Both the position numbers and the translations under genes were made by a program. A DNA stretch of 64,000 nucleotides. Source: Planctomycetota bacterium. Lineage in GTDB: Bacteria > Planctomycetota > Phycisphaerae > UBA1845. Under the pieces are notes generated by a model that saw only the letters and a list, made by a program, of their open reading frames with translations, made no database searches and was not told where the DNA came from. This document shows positions 24,962 to 32,977 of the stretch, piece by piece. The stretch spans positions 7,560-71,559 of the forward strand of contig JAZDHF010000266.1 of NCBI GenBank assembly GCA_043806315.1, given 5' to 3'. Within the stretch, counting starts at the first letter, position 1. Each line of letters opens with the position of its first letter.

Positions 24962-26292
24962 CAGATCCTCTTCGCCCCCTTACTCTCGTAGTGGCCGACC
25001 AACTCGGGTGGGACTTCTGTGACCGTACCGTCTGGCGCTCGCATCTTCACCTTGCCCGTTGGTCCCGTGTACGGCATCTCCGCCTCCGGAATCTCGGTGG
25101 TGACGGTACTCGGCGTCAACTGCTTCTTTCGCGGCCCTTCGACGAAGTAGAGAATAGCGTTATCGTCCTTCCCTTCCTTCCTCCAAGTAGTCCCATCGGG
25201 AGCGGTGCGCGTTTCTCCGTCCTTTACGCTCTCGGCGAACTTATCCGAAGGCTTGGCCCCTTTGAAGATTGCGGCCTTTCGGTATTCGATGCCCTGAATC
25301 CTTGCGGTCGTGGCCTTGAAGTTCGCCATCGCTGGCCGAATCGTAGTTTCGTCGTATACCCCGAGTTCGGCTTCTTCTCCGAGTTTGACTCGATCAGCGT
25401 GATATGGATCGGCTTCCTTATCGAGCGTCGCCAGTTGCGTCGCCGCTTTCGCGTGTTCGGCTTTCTGTTCCTTGCGTGCGGCTTCGGCCTTTCTGAATGT
25501 CGCTTCCTCTTCGGCCAATTCCAAACGGCGTTTGGCGGTAGCGCCTGCCCCGCTGGGCGGTTGCTGAGGTTTCCCAATCCCCTGAGTCTCTGGACCCGAG
25601 AGAACATTTAGACCTTCCGGCGTTCGCTCCAGGCCGGTTACGTTGCCGAATTTGTCCTCTGTCCAATGAACGGGGTATTGCTTCGGAGTTGGCGGTCGTC
25701 GCCTGTACTCCGTCAACGCCCGTGAAGCCTCCGTTGCCGCTCTGGATTGCTCTATCTGTGCTCTCCGCGCGATATTGGCTGGAATTTCAGAAGGAAGAAC
25801 CGTCGTTGCAACTCCCGGTTCCAACTCGAACGACTGTGCGTACTTCGCGCGACCCTCTTCCTTTGCCCCCATGTCGGCTAACGTTATCGCCCTGCGCGCT
25901 TCGGCGGCCCTGCTCTGCTTCTCCGCCTCGGTCGGCATCACCAACCGCTGGCCCCGATAGTTCAGCATCCGTTCGCCCACGTCGGTGCCGCTCACGCCGG
26001 TCCCAACTTCTTGCATGGCCCCGGTTTCGTCCGCGCGAAATCTCGGGACTCCGGCAAGCGACGCCCGAAACTCATCTTCCTCATTGACCGGCCGGATGCC
26101 CGCATTGGTCATCTGTATGCGCTGTTGAAGATCCTGGAGTTCGTTTTGCCGTTGCCTCTGCTGACGCGCCTCGGCAAGGGCCTCCTTCCGCATGGCGAGT
26201 TCTTCCTGCTGGCGACGTGCGTTGCGGAAGGCTTGGGTGAACTGCATCCCTGCGAGCAACCCTCTGACGAGTGGATCTGCGATGTCAGGCAT
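24961..26292 (-). CDS. coiled-coil internal virion protein candidate (443 aa)
   Basis: Charged, helical ORF whose stop overlaps the giant-gene ATG (TGATG at 24961). Confidence 0.7.
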   Translation of the reverse strand: MPDIADPLVRGLLAGMQFTQAFRNARRQQEELAMRKEALAEARQQRQRQNELQDLQQRIQMTNAGIRPVNEEDEFRASLAGVPRFRADETGAMQEVGTGVSGTDVGERMLNYRGQRLVMPTEAEKQSRAAEARRAITLADMGAKEEGRAKYAQSFELEPGVATTVLPSEIPANIARRAQIEQSRAATEASRALTEYRRRPPTPKQYPVHWTEDKFGNVTGLERTPEGLNVLSGPETQGIGKPQQPPSGAGATAKRRLELAEEEATFRKAEAARKEQKAEHAKAATQLATLDKEADPYHADRVKLGEEAELGVYDETTIRPAMANFKATTARIQGIEYRKAAIFKGAKPSDKFAESVKDGETRTAPDGTTWRKEGKDDNAILYFVEGPRKKQLTPSTVTTEIPEAEMPYTGPTGKVKMRAPDGTVTEVPPELVGHYESKGAKRI

Positions 26293-26295
26293 GGT

Positions 26296-26829
26296 TTACG
26301 CCCGTCCTTCTCCAGTTCCAACACCGGGGCCTTGATTATAAGGACTGGTGGCTGGTTTCCCACCGAAGTACGACCCCAAGGCCCCCATTCCCATCCCGGC
26401 GATCTGCATGATGTTCTCCAGCCAACTCTGGGTGGTCTTCTGGGTTCCCGATCCTTCTTGCCCCTTGTTCAGGCCCATGAGTGCGGCGGCCAGATTGTAG
26501 TTCTGATCCTCGCGCCCCAACAACATCTTGGCGAATTCGCTTTCTATCCCGCCGATCTCGCCTTGCCGGGCAAGTTCAAGACCCTTGATGCCCCCACCGA
26601 GCGCGCCACTCTTCCCGTACCCGCGCGAAGCCAGATTCGTGGCGAGTTTCTGAGGTAGACCTGCGAACCTGCGGTTCGTCGCGTCGATGGCGGCGATACG
26701 CAGGGGTTCCGTTCCGGCGGCGGGATTCGCGAGGCGGTCCTGAATGCCCGCCAGCAGCCGCTCATTGAGCGACTGGTATCCCGGAGACCACTCCGGCGTC
26801 TGCGTTGAAGACCAAGTGGTTGTTGGCAT
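26296..26829 (-). CDS. Gly/Met-rich internal virion protein candidate (177 aa)
   Basis: ATG at 26829 with GAGGAG 8 nt upstream. It overlaps the GNAT gene tail by 68 nt. The ORF is open to 26856. Confidence 0.6.
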   Translation of the reverse strand: MPTTTWSSTQTPEWSPGYQSLNERLLAGIQDRLANPAAGTEPLRIAAIDATNRRFAGLPQKLATNLASRGYGKSGALGGGIKGLELARQGEIGGIESEFAKMLLGREDQNYNLAAALMGLNKGQEGSGTQKTTQSWLENIMQIAGMGMGALGSYFGGKPATSPYNQGPGVGTGEGRA

Positions 26830-27313
26830 GTTCGAACTCCTCGCGCAATAGTCCAAGGGCGACCATATCCACCGGCCGTCCGTTTCTGAGCGTCTGCCCG
26901 CGCAGGACGCCCTCTTCCCTCAACCCGATTTCCCGCGCCAGGGATCGGATCGCATTGTTGTCGGCAAAAACAAAGGACAGAATCTTCCGGTAGCCCGCCG
27001 CGAAGATTTCCGCGTAGGCTTCTCGCATCGCCGGAACGCTTGTTCTCGGCTTCCAGAAGGAGCGGCGGAACGTTACGTGGGAAGTCCCGGCGACCGGCGA
27101 GGACGGCTCGAAGACGATCAATCCGCCTAACTCGTCGTCACGATACACGCCCCACGTCATTTGCCGCGCCATCCTCTCCATTTCCACGTCCACGAACTCG
27201 TCCAGGGTCTTCGGGCTGAAGTCGTCGGATATCTGCCGGCGGAACTGCTGGACCCACAGCCATACTCGCGGCAACTCGTACATGGGAAACGGTTTGACGA
27301 GATGCGCGGTCAT
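26762..27313 (-). CDS. GNAT-family N-acetyltransferase (183 aa)
   Basis: Start at ATG 27313 (ATGA overlap with 27310..28089). VFADNNAIRSLAREIGLREEGVLRGQTLRNGRPVDMVALGLLREEF reads as a GNAT core. Confidence 0.65.
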   Translation of the reverse strand: MTAHLVKPFPMYELPRVWLWVQQFRRQISDDFSPKTLDEFVDVEMERMARQMTWGVYRDDELGGLIVFEPSSPVAGTSHVTFRRSFWKPRTSVPAMREAYAEIFAAGYRKILSFVFADNNAIRSLAREIGLREEGVLRGQTLRNGRPVDMVALGLLREEFEHANNHLVFNADAGVVSGIPVAQ

Positions 27314-28089
27314 AGGCTCAGAAAATCCGCTCCTATCGGCAAAGTGTCCGGATGTTCCGATTTCGGCCAGCGGGCTTCCTCTCCATATATCGTCAATGCC
27401 ACCCCGTAAGGGTCCAAGATTGAGGCGGTTAGCGACGGCGTCTGGCGTCCAAAACGCCGGGTCGAAGTAGTCCACGCGCTCAGCCAGATCGCGGCAATGT
27501 GGGTCGGCGGGTAGATTACCGTATTGGACCCCGGCCCGCCCCATCCTACTTCCTTCGCGTACAACTGCACCAGTCTTGGGATGCTCGTTGCGGTAAACAG
27601 TCCCCAAGCCGTATCGGAATGCTCGGTCAGGGCCTCGGCGGTAGAATTTGTCGTAGCCGCTTGCATCTTCGCTTCCGCCTCCGTCGCCGGGTCCACCACC
27701 AAAGACGCTGACAATCTGTTCCCTGGAGCCAAGCTCATCCAATCGACCTCCATCAGCAACAGCCATGTGCCGATCTTGTCGAGAGACAACTTCGCTCCGG
27801 TTACCGGAGTGTTAGCCGCAGTAACCGAAAAGCCGGTGGCGGGCGGAGTCCAGTTGGCGTAGGCGTAGTGGACTGGGACGCTCACCTCGTACTCTTTGGG
27901 CCGCCCTACTTCGTACTCGATCTGGCGGAGTCGGTCGTTTAGGATCTTGAGACCTTCCGGGTCGGCAGTCCAGTTCTCCGGAAGGGTCAGGTGGACGCGA
28001 TTCGCCTCCGTTGCCCCGGCGCCTATTCGCACCACACCACGGCCCGTGTTCTGACTGCCTCCGGTGATCGTCTGCTCGAACCGCGTCAT
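27310..28089 (-). CDS. hypothetical virion protein (259 aa)
   Basis: ATG at 28089 (TGATG overlap with the upstream stop). Codon-3 GC is 17/20 in 27481-27540 for this frame, against 12/20 and 11/20 for the other two phases. Confidence 0.65.
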   Translation of the reverse strand: MTRFEQTITGGSQNTGRGVVRIGAGATEANRVHLTLPENWTADPEGLKILNDRLRQIEYEVGRPKEYEVSVPVHYAYANWTPPATGFSVTAANTPVTGAKLSLDKIGTWLLLMEVDWMSLAPGNRLSASLVVDPATEAEAKMQAATTNSTAEALTEHSDTAWGLFTATSIPRLVQLYAKEVGWGGPGSNTVIYPPTHIAAIWLSAWTTSTRRFGRQTPSLTASILDPYGVALTIYGEEARWPKSEHPDTLPIGADFLSL

Positions 28090-30392
28090 CACATGCTCAC
28101 TGGTAAATCGACCCACTCCGGCAATTCCGGCGTCTTCGTCACCGGAAGATCGAACCAAGACCAATCCAGCGGAGTCTTGGGGACTGGGAGTTCGGCCCAC
28201 TCCCAAACCGGAGCGGTCGGAGCGACGTACACGTCGGCCCAAGCGTACTGCTCCGGCGTCTGCGGAATCGGCATCGGAATCCACTGCCAGAGCACGATGC
28301 CGTTCTCCCCAATCGTGCGGGTCCACACGCGAATCTGGAAGACCTTCAGGTCCACCGCCCCAGCCTGAAGTTGGACCTTCAGCAAACGACCCTGAGCGGT
28401 TGGAGGCAAGCGAAGTTTCAGGGTCTCGGTCCCAGTCGTCGTCGCCAACGTGAATGATCGCACCAGGGTAACGTCGGACTTCGGGAGATCGGTCGAGAAG
28501 TCCAGCGTCCCCGCGCCGTCGTAGATCACCTCGATTTCCTTAAAGAGTTTGATCCGCTCCGAACCCACATCGTGCTCGGCTTCCACCATGCACAGTTGAC
28601 TCGTACCGGCCTCCAGGTACACGCCAATCGGCTTGACGTAAGCCCGCACTTGGAATAACCGGAACGCCGCCGTGCCCGCCAGCGTGACCCGCAGGAGGCG
28701 TCCGTACACGCCCACCATGGGCAGCATGTAGGTGCGGCGCCCCAACCCAGGCGGGACCGTCTGGACGGAGCGCGACGCCATCTCTCCCGCAGCATTACTC
28801 GTGTAAATCGTCGCCGTCAGCGCCGCATCGGTGTGCGCCTCCACCTCGACCTGGAGGATACGCTTAACCTTCTCGCTACCCAAGTCGATGATCGACGAGT
28901 CCCAGATATGCCCCAGACCCGCCTGATAGGCTTCGACGTAGTATCCGACCGGACGGAAGAAGACGTATGCGCCCCACAACCGGAACGCGGCCGATACCGC
29001 CGTTATGGTGATCTTGAGCAACCGGCCTTCGACCGCGGGCGCGATGGGCAGGTTGTACATGCGTCGCCCCGGCGTCGTGTCGGTGGTGTCGATGGTGTAG
29101 GACTGCCGCGCGTCCTGAGTCAGACCGGGCATCTCGGTGACGACGTTCACGGTGATCGGGCCGTCGGTGTCGAGGTCCAGTTGGATCTCGCGGAACTCCT
29201 TGACCTTAGGCGTCCCGCAGTCGAGGGAGTCCGACTCCCAGGTGCGCCCCGCCGCGCTCTCGTATCCCTCGACGTAGACCCCGTAGGGCTTCACCTCCAA
29301 CTTCGCGCCGTAGAGCCGCATCGCCGAAGACCCGCGCAATTTGACCCGCCAGAGTCGGCCTTCGAGATAGGGTTCGGTCGGTATCCGCATCATGCGGCGA
29401 CCCGTGGTAGTGGTCGTTGTATCGAACGTCGCGCCACGCTTGATGCTGAGGTTGTTTCCCGGAAGATCGGTAAGAACCTCCGCCCTCACTTCGCCGTCCG
29501 TGTCCAGGTCCAATTCGAGGCACTTTCCCACGCAGACGTGGCCGGGCGCGATGGGAACGTCGAACGAGTCGTAGATCGCTCCCGCGCCCGACTCGTAGGC
29601 TTCGATGTACGTCCCATAGCGCTGAATCCATGCTTTCAGGCCGTACAGGTAGAATTCTTCGGTTCCGTAGACGAGTACTCGCAGATGACGACCTTCGACG
29701 TAATCCGCGACGGGGACTTGGATTTTGCGCCTCGTTCCGGAGACCGCGATTTCCCTCTGAAACCGAGTCGCCATGGCGGTTCCCGGCATGTCGGTCGCCG
29801 CCTGAACATAAACTACGGTTGAGTTCTCAAGATCCAGTTCGAGCGCCCGGAGTCGCTTTACCTGTTGCGTTCCAAGGTCCAGTTCGTCCGTGTCGTGATG
29901 TTTCGCGCCGCGCGCCTCGATATAGTAATGCAGGAAGATTTGGAAAATTTGACAACCGATATTGGTATTGCCTTCGAGAAGCGTGTCGCCGTAGATCAAC
30001 ACCGCGCAGTTCTTTGCCTTTATGCCCTCTTCCCCGGCGCCGGCGGGAATCTTGAGAACGGTCTGGGTTCGAACGGTACTGACGATGTTCCCAAGATTGT
30101 AAGTGGCCGCTCCGTTATCGGTAACGAGTTCGACGGTGAGTGTGGCGCCCCCGGTGTTATGGTCGATCACCAGGTCCTGATACGTCTTCTTGTTGTTACC
30201 GGCTCCTTGGTCCAAGTAACCGGACATCCACCGGAGCGGAATGGCGGCTCCCCAATCCGTAACCCCATCCTCGATGGAATAAAGGTTCCCATCCCATTGA
30301 GACAACGCTCCCAGTAGGTCTCCGATATTGCCCTCGTAGTATAGAGAATCGAACCCCCGAGTATCCTGAAAGACGGCGCCTTCGGCGCTCAT
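28089..30392 (-). CDS. tail/nozzle-type structural protein built of about six 110-aa tandem modules with a Trp-rich C-terminal tail (767 aa)
   Basis: The motif G-R-R-x-Y/M-x-L/I-P...EGRLL+V recurs at about aa 220, 331, 442 and 551, with a degenerate copy near 654. The C-terminus carries W-x-W-x-x-LPV-x-KTP repeats. Confidence 0.75.
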   Translation of the reverse strand: MSAEGAVFQDTRGFDSLYYEGNIGDLLGALSQWDGNLYSIEDGVTDWGAAIPLRWMSGYLDQGAGNNKKTYQDLVIDHNTGGATLTVELVTDNGAATYNLGNIVSTVRTQTVLKIPAGAGEEGIKAKNCAVLIYGDTLLEGNTNIGCQIFQIFLHYYIEARGAKHHDTDELDLGTQQVKRLRALELDLENSTVVYVQAATDMPGTAMATRFQREIAVSGTRRKIQVPVADYVEGRHLRVLVYGTEEFYLYGLKAWIQRYGTYIEAYESGAGAIYDSFDVPIAPGHVCVGKCLELDLDTDGEVRAEVLTDLPGNNLSIKRGATFDTTTTTTGRRMMRIPTEPYLEGRLWRVKLRGSSAMRLYGAKLEVKPYGVYVEGYESAAGRTWESDSLDCGTPKVKEFREIQLDLDTDGPITVNVVTEMPGLTQDARQSYTIDTTDTTPGRRMYNLPIAPAVEGRLLKITITAVSAAFRLWGAYVFFRPVGYYVEAYQAGLGHIWDSSIIDLGSEKVKRILQVEVEAHTDAALTATIYTSNAAGEMASRSVQTVPPGLGRRTYMLPMVGVYGRLLRVTLAGTAAFRLFQVRAYVKPIGVYLEAGTSQLCMVEAEHDVGSERIKLFKEIEVIYDGAGTLDFSTDLPKSDVTLVRSFTLATTTGTETLKLRLPPTAQGRLLKVQLQAGAVDLKVFQIRVWTRTIGENGIVLWQWIPMPIPQTPEQYAWADVYVAPTAPVWEWAELPVPKTPLDWSWFDLPVTKTPELPEWVDLPVSM

Positions 30393-31792
30393 ACATTCAC
30401 CACCAGGGTGACGTTCTCTCCGCCCTGTTCCTTGTAACTGAAGTATAATCTGCCATGTTTAATCGCCATGCAGGCCCACCTTTTCTCTTCCGGGTCGGCG
30501 CTGCGGACCGGGTTCACTACGCCAGTCCCGCTCTGCCACCCCTTGAAGATCGGGTCCACTCGCTCGGTGATCTTGGTGGAATGGTCTCCATCGAAACGGT
30601 AAAGCCCCTCTCGTCCTTGGAAGTAATCCGCCCCGCCGTAGGATGCCCAAGCCCGGCGTCCGATAAGGCCCGTGTCGGAGTTGGTTTGCTCCAAGGTCCC
30701 GTCGTCCAGGTCTCCAACGAGTCGCCAAATCGAGTTCTCCTTATAAATGACGATCATGCGAGGGTGCAACGAAATTGCGACAACTTCCTCGTTCAATTCC
30801 CCTACGTCCGCCCAGTCCCCCTCGAAGTCGGAATTGGACCCGCGGAAGTACCACGGCATCGTTGCCGGCGTCCACCAGATCCGGTTCGGGTGAAGAAAGG
30901 AGCACGCCGCTATCAGGCGGTTGTTGTACGGCCCCGCCAAGATCTGCGCCGGCGGAGGCGGGTCGTGATCCTCTTCGAGCAGATCCCCCTGCTCAATCGC
31001 GATGGAATCGGTAACGGTCCCGTCGTCCACCCAGGTGGTCGTCGTGTTGTCGGAGATGGTGTGGACCCGATAGGGAGCCGGGAGCATCCCTCCGCTACGG
31101 TAGATGTGCCGCTTGTCAACCTCCCGGTTTAGGGATATAGGAATGTTCATCAACGTTGCGCTGAACGGATTGACCGGATCGATTATTTCCGGCGTTGGAC
31201 CCATTGGGTTCGATTCCTTGCCCTCCGCCGTATCGAACGTAGCGTAATATGTAACGGTTCCACCAAGCGTTCCTGCGGCCGGGGTTCCGTAAGCGTAAAA
31301 CGGACCCGCCGCTAAAATGAACGTGGTACTTGGAAGCCAGGGATAGAAAGAACCCAGAGCTCCTGGAAGGGCATAGGCCCCGCCCAAACTTCCATCGTCC
31401 CGGCCCTGTTTGATGTTGTCCACGATCCAAAGCCATCCGTCGTAGGAAACGGCACCAAACGGAAACCCGCTGAACTCCACGGGGTCTCCGGACCACGCAT
31501 CGCGCTTGATTTCGGCCATAGCGTCGCTCGCTCCGGCTTGGAAGAGGCGGTTTCCGGCGCCCACGTACCGCCATTTGGAGCCGATACCCTCTCCGCTGAC
31601 CAGAATCAGGGTATGAATGAACGCGTCCAGGGAGGACATTACTCGACTCATGCCCTCGCGCGAGCGAAGGTTTCCGACCGTATCCGCCCGCCAGTTCTTG
31701 GCACATTGAGCGCCATCCGGGGGGATCAGATCGGTTGGCTGGGTCAGGTGGAGGCCGCCGGAGAGGAGTTTTTGCGTCTGGACCTTAAACAT
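30389..31792 (-). CDS. structural protein (467 aa), beta-propeller-like
   Basis: Start chosen at ATG 31792 (AGGAG 8 nt upstream). The ORF is open to 31831. ATGA overlap with the downstream gene. Confidence 0.75.
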   Translation of the reverse strand: MFKVQTQKLLSGGLHLTQPTDLIPPDGAQCAKNWRADTVGNLRSREGMSRVMSSLDAFIHTLILVSGEGIGSKWRYVGAGNRLFQAGASDAMAEIKRDAWSGDPVEFSGFPFGAVSYDGWLWIVDNIKQGRDDGSLGGAYALPGALGSFYPWLPSTTFILAAGPFYAYGTPAAGTLGGTVTYYATFDTAEGKESNPMGPTPEIIDPVNPFSATLMNIPISLNREVDKRHIYRSGGMLPAPYRVHTISDNTTTTWVDDGTVTDSIAIEQGDLLEEDHDPPPPAQILAGPYNNRLIAACSFLHPNRIWWTPATMPWYFRGSNSDFEGDWADVGELNEEVVAISLHPRMIVIYKENSIWRLVGDLDDGTLEQTNSDTGLIGRRAWASYGGADYFQGREGLYRFDGDHSTKITERVDPIFKGWQSGTGVVNPVRSADPEEKRWACMAIKHGRLYFSYKEQGGENVTLVVNV

Positions 31793-31814
31793 CGCTTGAC
31801 TCCTGGTATACAAT
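31786..31814 (+). promoter_or_regulatory. candidate promoter TAAACA-17-TACAAT for the plus-strand cassette (leaderless)
   Basis: The -35 is at 31786-31791 and the -10 at 31809-31814. The ATG at 31821 lies 6 nt after the -10. Confidence 0.4.
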
Positions 31815-31820
31815 GGGGGC

Positions 31821-32024
31821 ATGGAAAGCAAGACATCGCTTCCAGTTCAGTTTCGCCATGCGGACTTCGGGCCGGTATTCGTCATTCCCAAGGGCCGCGA
31901 CGCCAAAGCCAAGAGACTCTACAAGTTCCTGAACTGGTTCTTTCGGAAACACAGGGTCCAATACGAGCGCGAAGTTTCCGGTCGTCTGTCCGATCAACTT
32001 CTTTACGGTGGAAGGAAGGGCTAA
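31821..32024 (+). CDS. opposite-strand small basic protein (67 aa)
   Basis: Codon-3 GC is 16/20 in 31861-31920 for this frame, against 12/20 for the third-codon phase of the competing minus ORF 31785..32342 and 9/20 for the remaining phase. Confidence 0.55.
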   Translation: MESKTSLPVQFRHADFGPVFVIPKGRDAKAKRLYKFLNWFFRKHRVQYEREVSGRLSDQLLYGGRKG

Positions 32025-32027
32025 TCC

Positions 32028-32345
32028 ATGACTCGCCGATGGCTGTTGAGTCTGCCGTTTGTCACAGCAATTGCCCGCCCGCTCTGGGCAGCACAGCAGC
32101 GCGCCCACCTCGCCCTGACACCCGCCCTTTGGAGTTTCGCTCTCGATTTCCAGTGTTCCGATCCGGTCCATGTCTTCGTGGACGGCGACGGGGAGCCAGT
32201 CCGCAAGTTGGTATTCCCCCCGAAGCGGCGCGGAATGGTCTGGATTCCAATGTGGACTCCGAGGCCCAAGACGATCCGCATAAGATTCGAAGCCGTCAAA
32301 CGACCGATGAAGTTGTGGGGTGCTCATGTCCGCGCCCCCCAATAA
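32028..32345 (+). CDS. opposite-strand secreted small protein (105 aa)
   Basis: Same frame as the previous ORF, 3 nt after its TAA. N-terminus MTRRWLLSLPFVTAIARPLWA-AQ is signal-peptide-like. It converges on and overlaps gene 32324..32977 by 22 nt. Confidence 0.55.
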   Translation: MTRRWLLSLPFVTAIARPLWAAQQRAHLALTPALWSFALDFQCSDPVHVFVDGDGEPVRKLVFPPKRRGMVWIPMWTPRPKTIRIRFEAVKRPMKLWGAHVRAPQ

Positions 32346-32977
32346 CCCGCGAACGCCTGTTCGTAGATCCCCTGAACGTCCCGGCAGAACTTCGCCGCCT
32401 CGGGCATCGACCCATCGGATTCCTTGCCGCGCGCCTCCGCCACCATGCGAAAGAACAGCCAGTCGGCCACGGCGGATGGCATATCGGGTTCGGTTGCCAC
32501 CGCCAGATCCGTCGGGTACTCGTGATGGAGAATCGCCAATACTTCGACGCCGTTGGGAATCTTATACAGACGGATGGTGGTCGTTCCCGAAACATCCTGG
32601 CAATACCGGGAAGGTGTTCCCGCCCCCATGCAGGCGTCGGTGGTCCATGTAGCCGACAGTGCCTCCAGTTCCCGTACATTGACCGCCCTGAGCGACCGCC
32701 CGCCCAAGGTGACGTGAATGGTCGATAGGTGGCGGGTGGGCAGTACGTAATCGGTCGTGCCAATCCCGGTAATGTTCGCGGTATCCCGCTCGACCCACAT
32801 GGCGAATCGGCGTGCCAAGTCCCGTTGCCCCTGGTTGGCCCATTCGATCAACTCGGCTTCGGTCCAATGGATCAGGTTGGCCGCGTCTTCGGAGTTCAGG
32901 CAGGGATAGACCTCCGCAACCCAGTCGCCCAGCGTTCTGGAGGCCGCCGGGCCTCCACCCATAAACCAAAAGATCAT
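32324..32977 (-). CDS. hypothetical virion protein (217 aa)
   Basis: ATG at 32977 (ATGA overlap with 32974..34260). The track ORF extends to 33235 inside the upstream gene. Confidence 0.65.
   Translation of the reverse strand: MIFWFMGGGPAASRTLGDWVAEVYPCLNSEDAANLIHWTEAELIEWANQGQRDLARRFAMWVERDTANITGIGTTDYVLPTRHLSTIHVTLGGRSLRAVNVRELEALSATWTTDACMGAGTPSRYCQDVSGTTTIRLYKIPNGVEVLAILHHEYPTDLAVATEPDMPSAVADWLFFRMVAEARGKESDGSMPEAAKFCRDVQGIYEQAFAGYWGART

Noticed and set aside
27314-27766. N-terminal 151-aa extension of the GNAT ORF (track ORF 26762-27766).
   Set aside because: Codon-3 GC in 27481-27540 is 12/20 for this frame and 17/20 for the overlapping 27310-28089 gene. The ATG at 27313 gives a clean ATGA junction and a normal-size GNAT.
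31785-32342. 185-aa minus-strand ORF that would keep the whole tail module on one strand.
   Set aside because: Codon-3 GC in 31861-31920 is 12/20 for this frame and 16/20 for the plus-strand frame. The plus ORFs also have a promoter and a signal peptide, and the minus ORF product is low-complexity.
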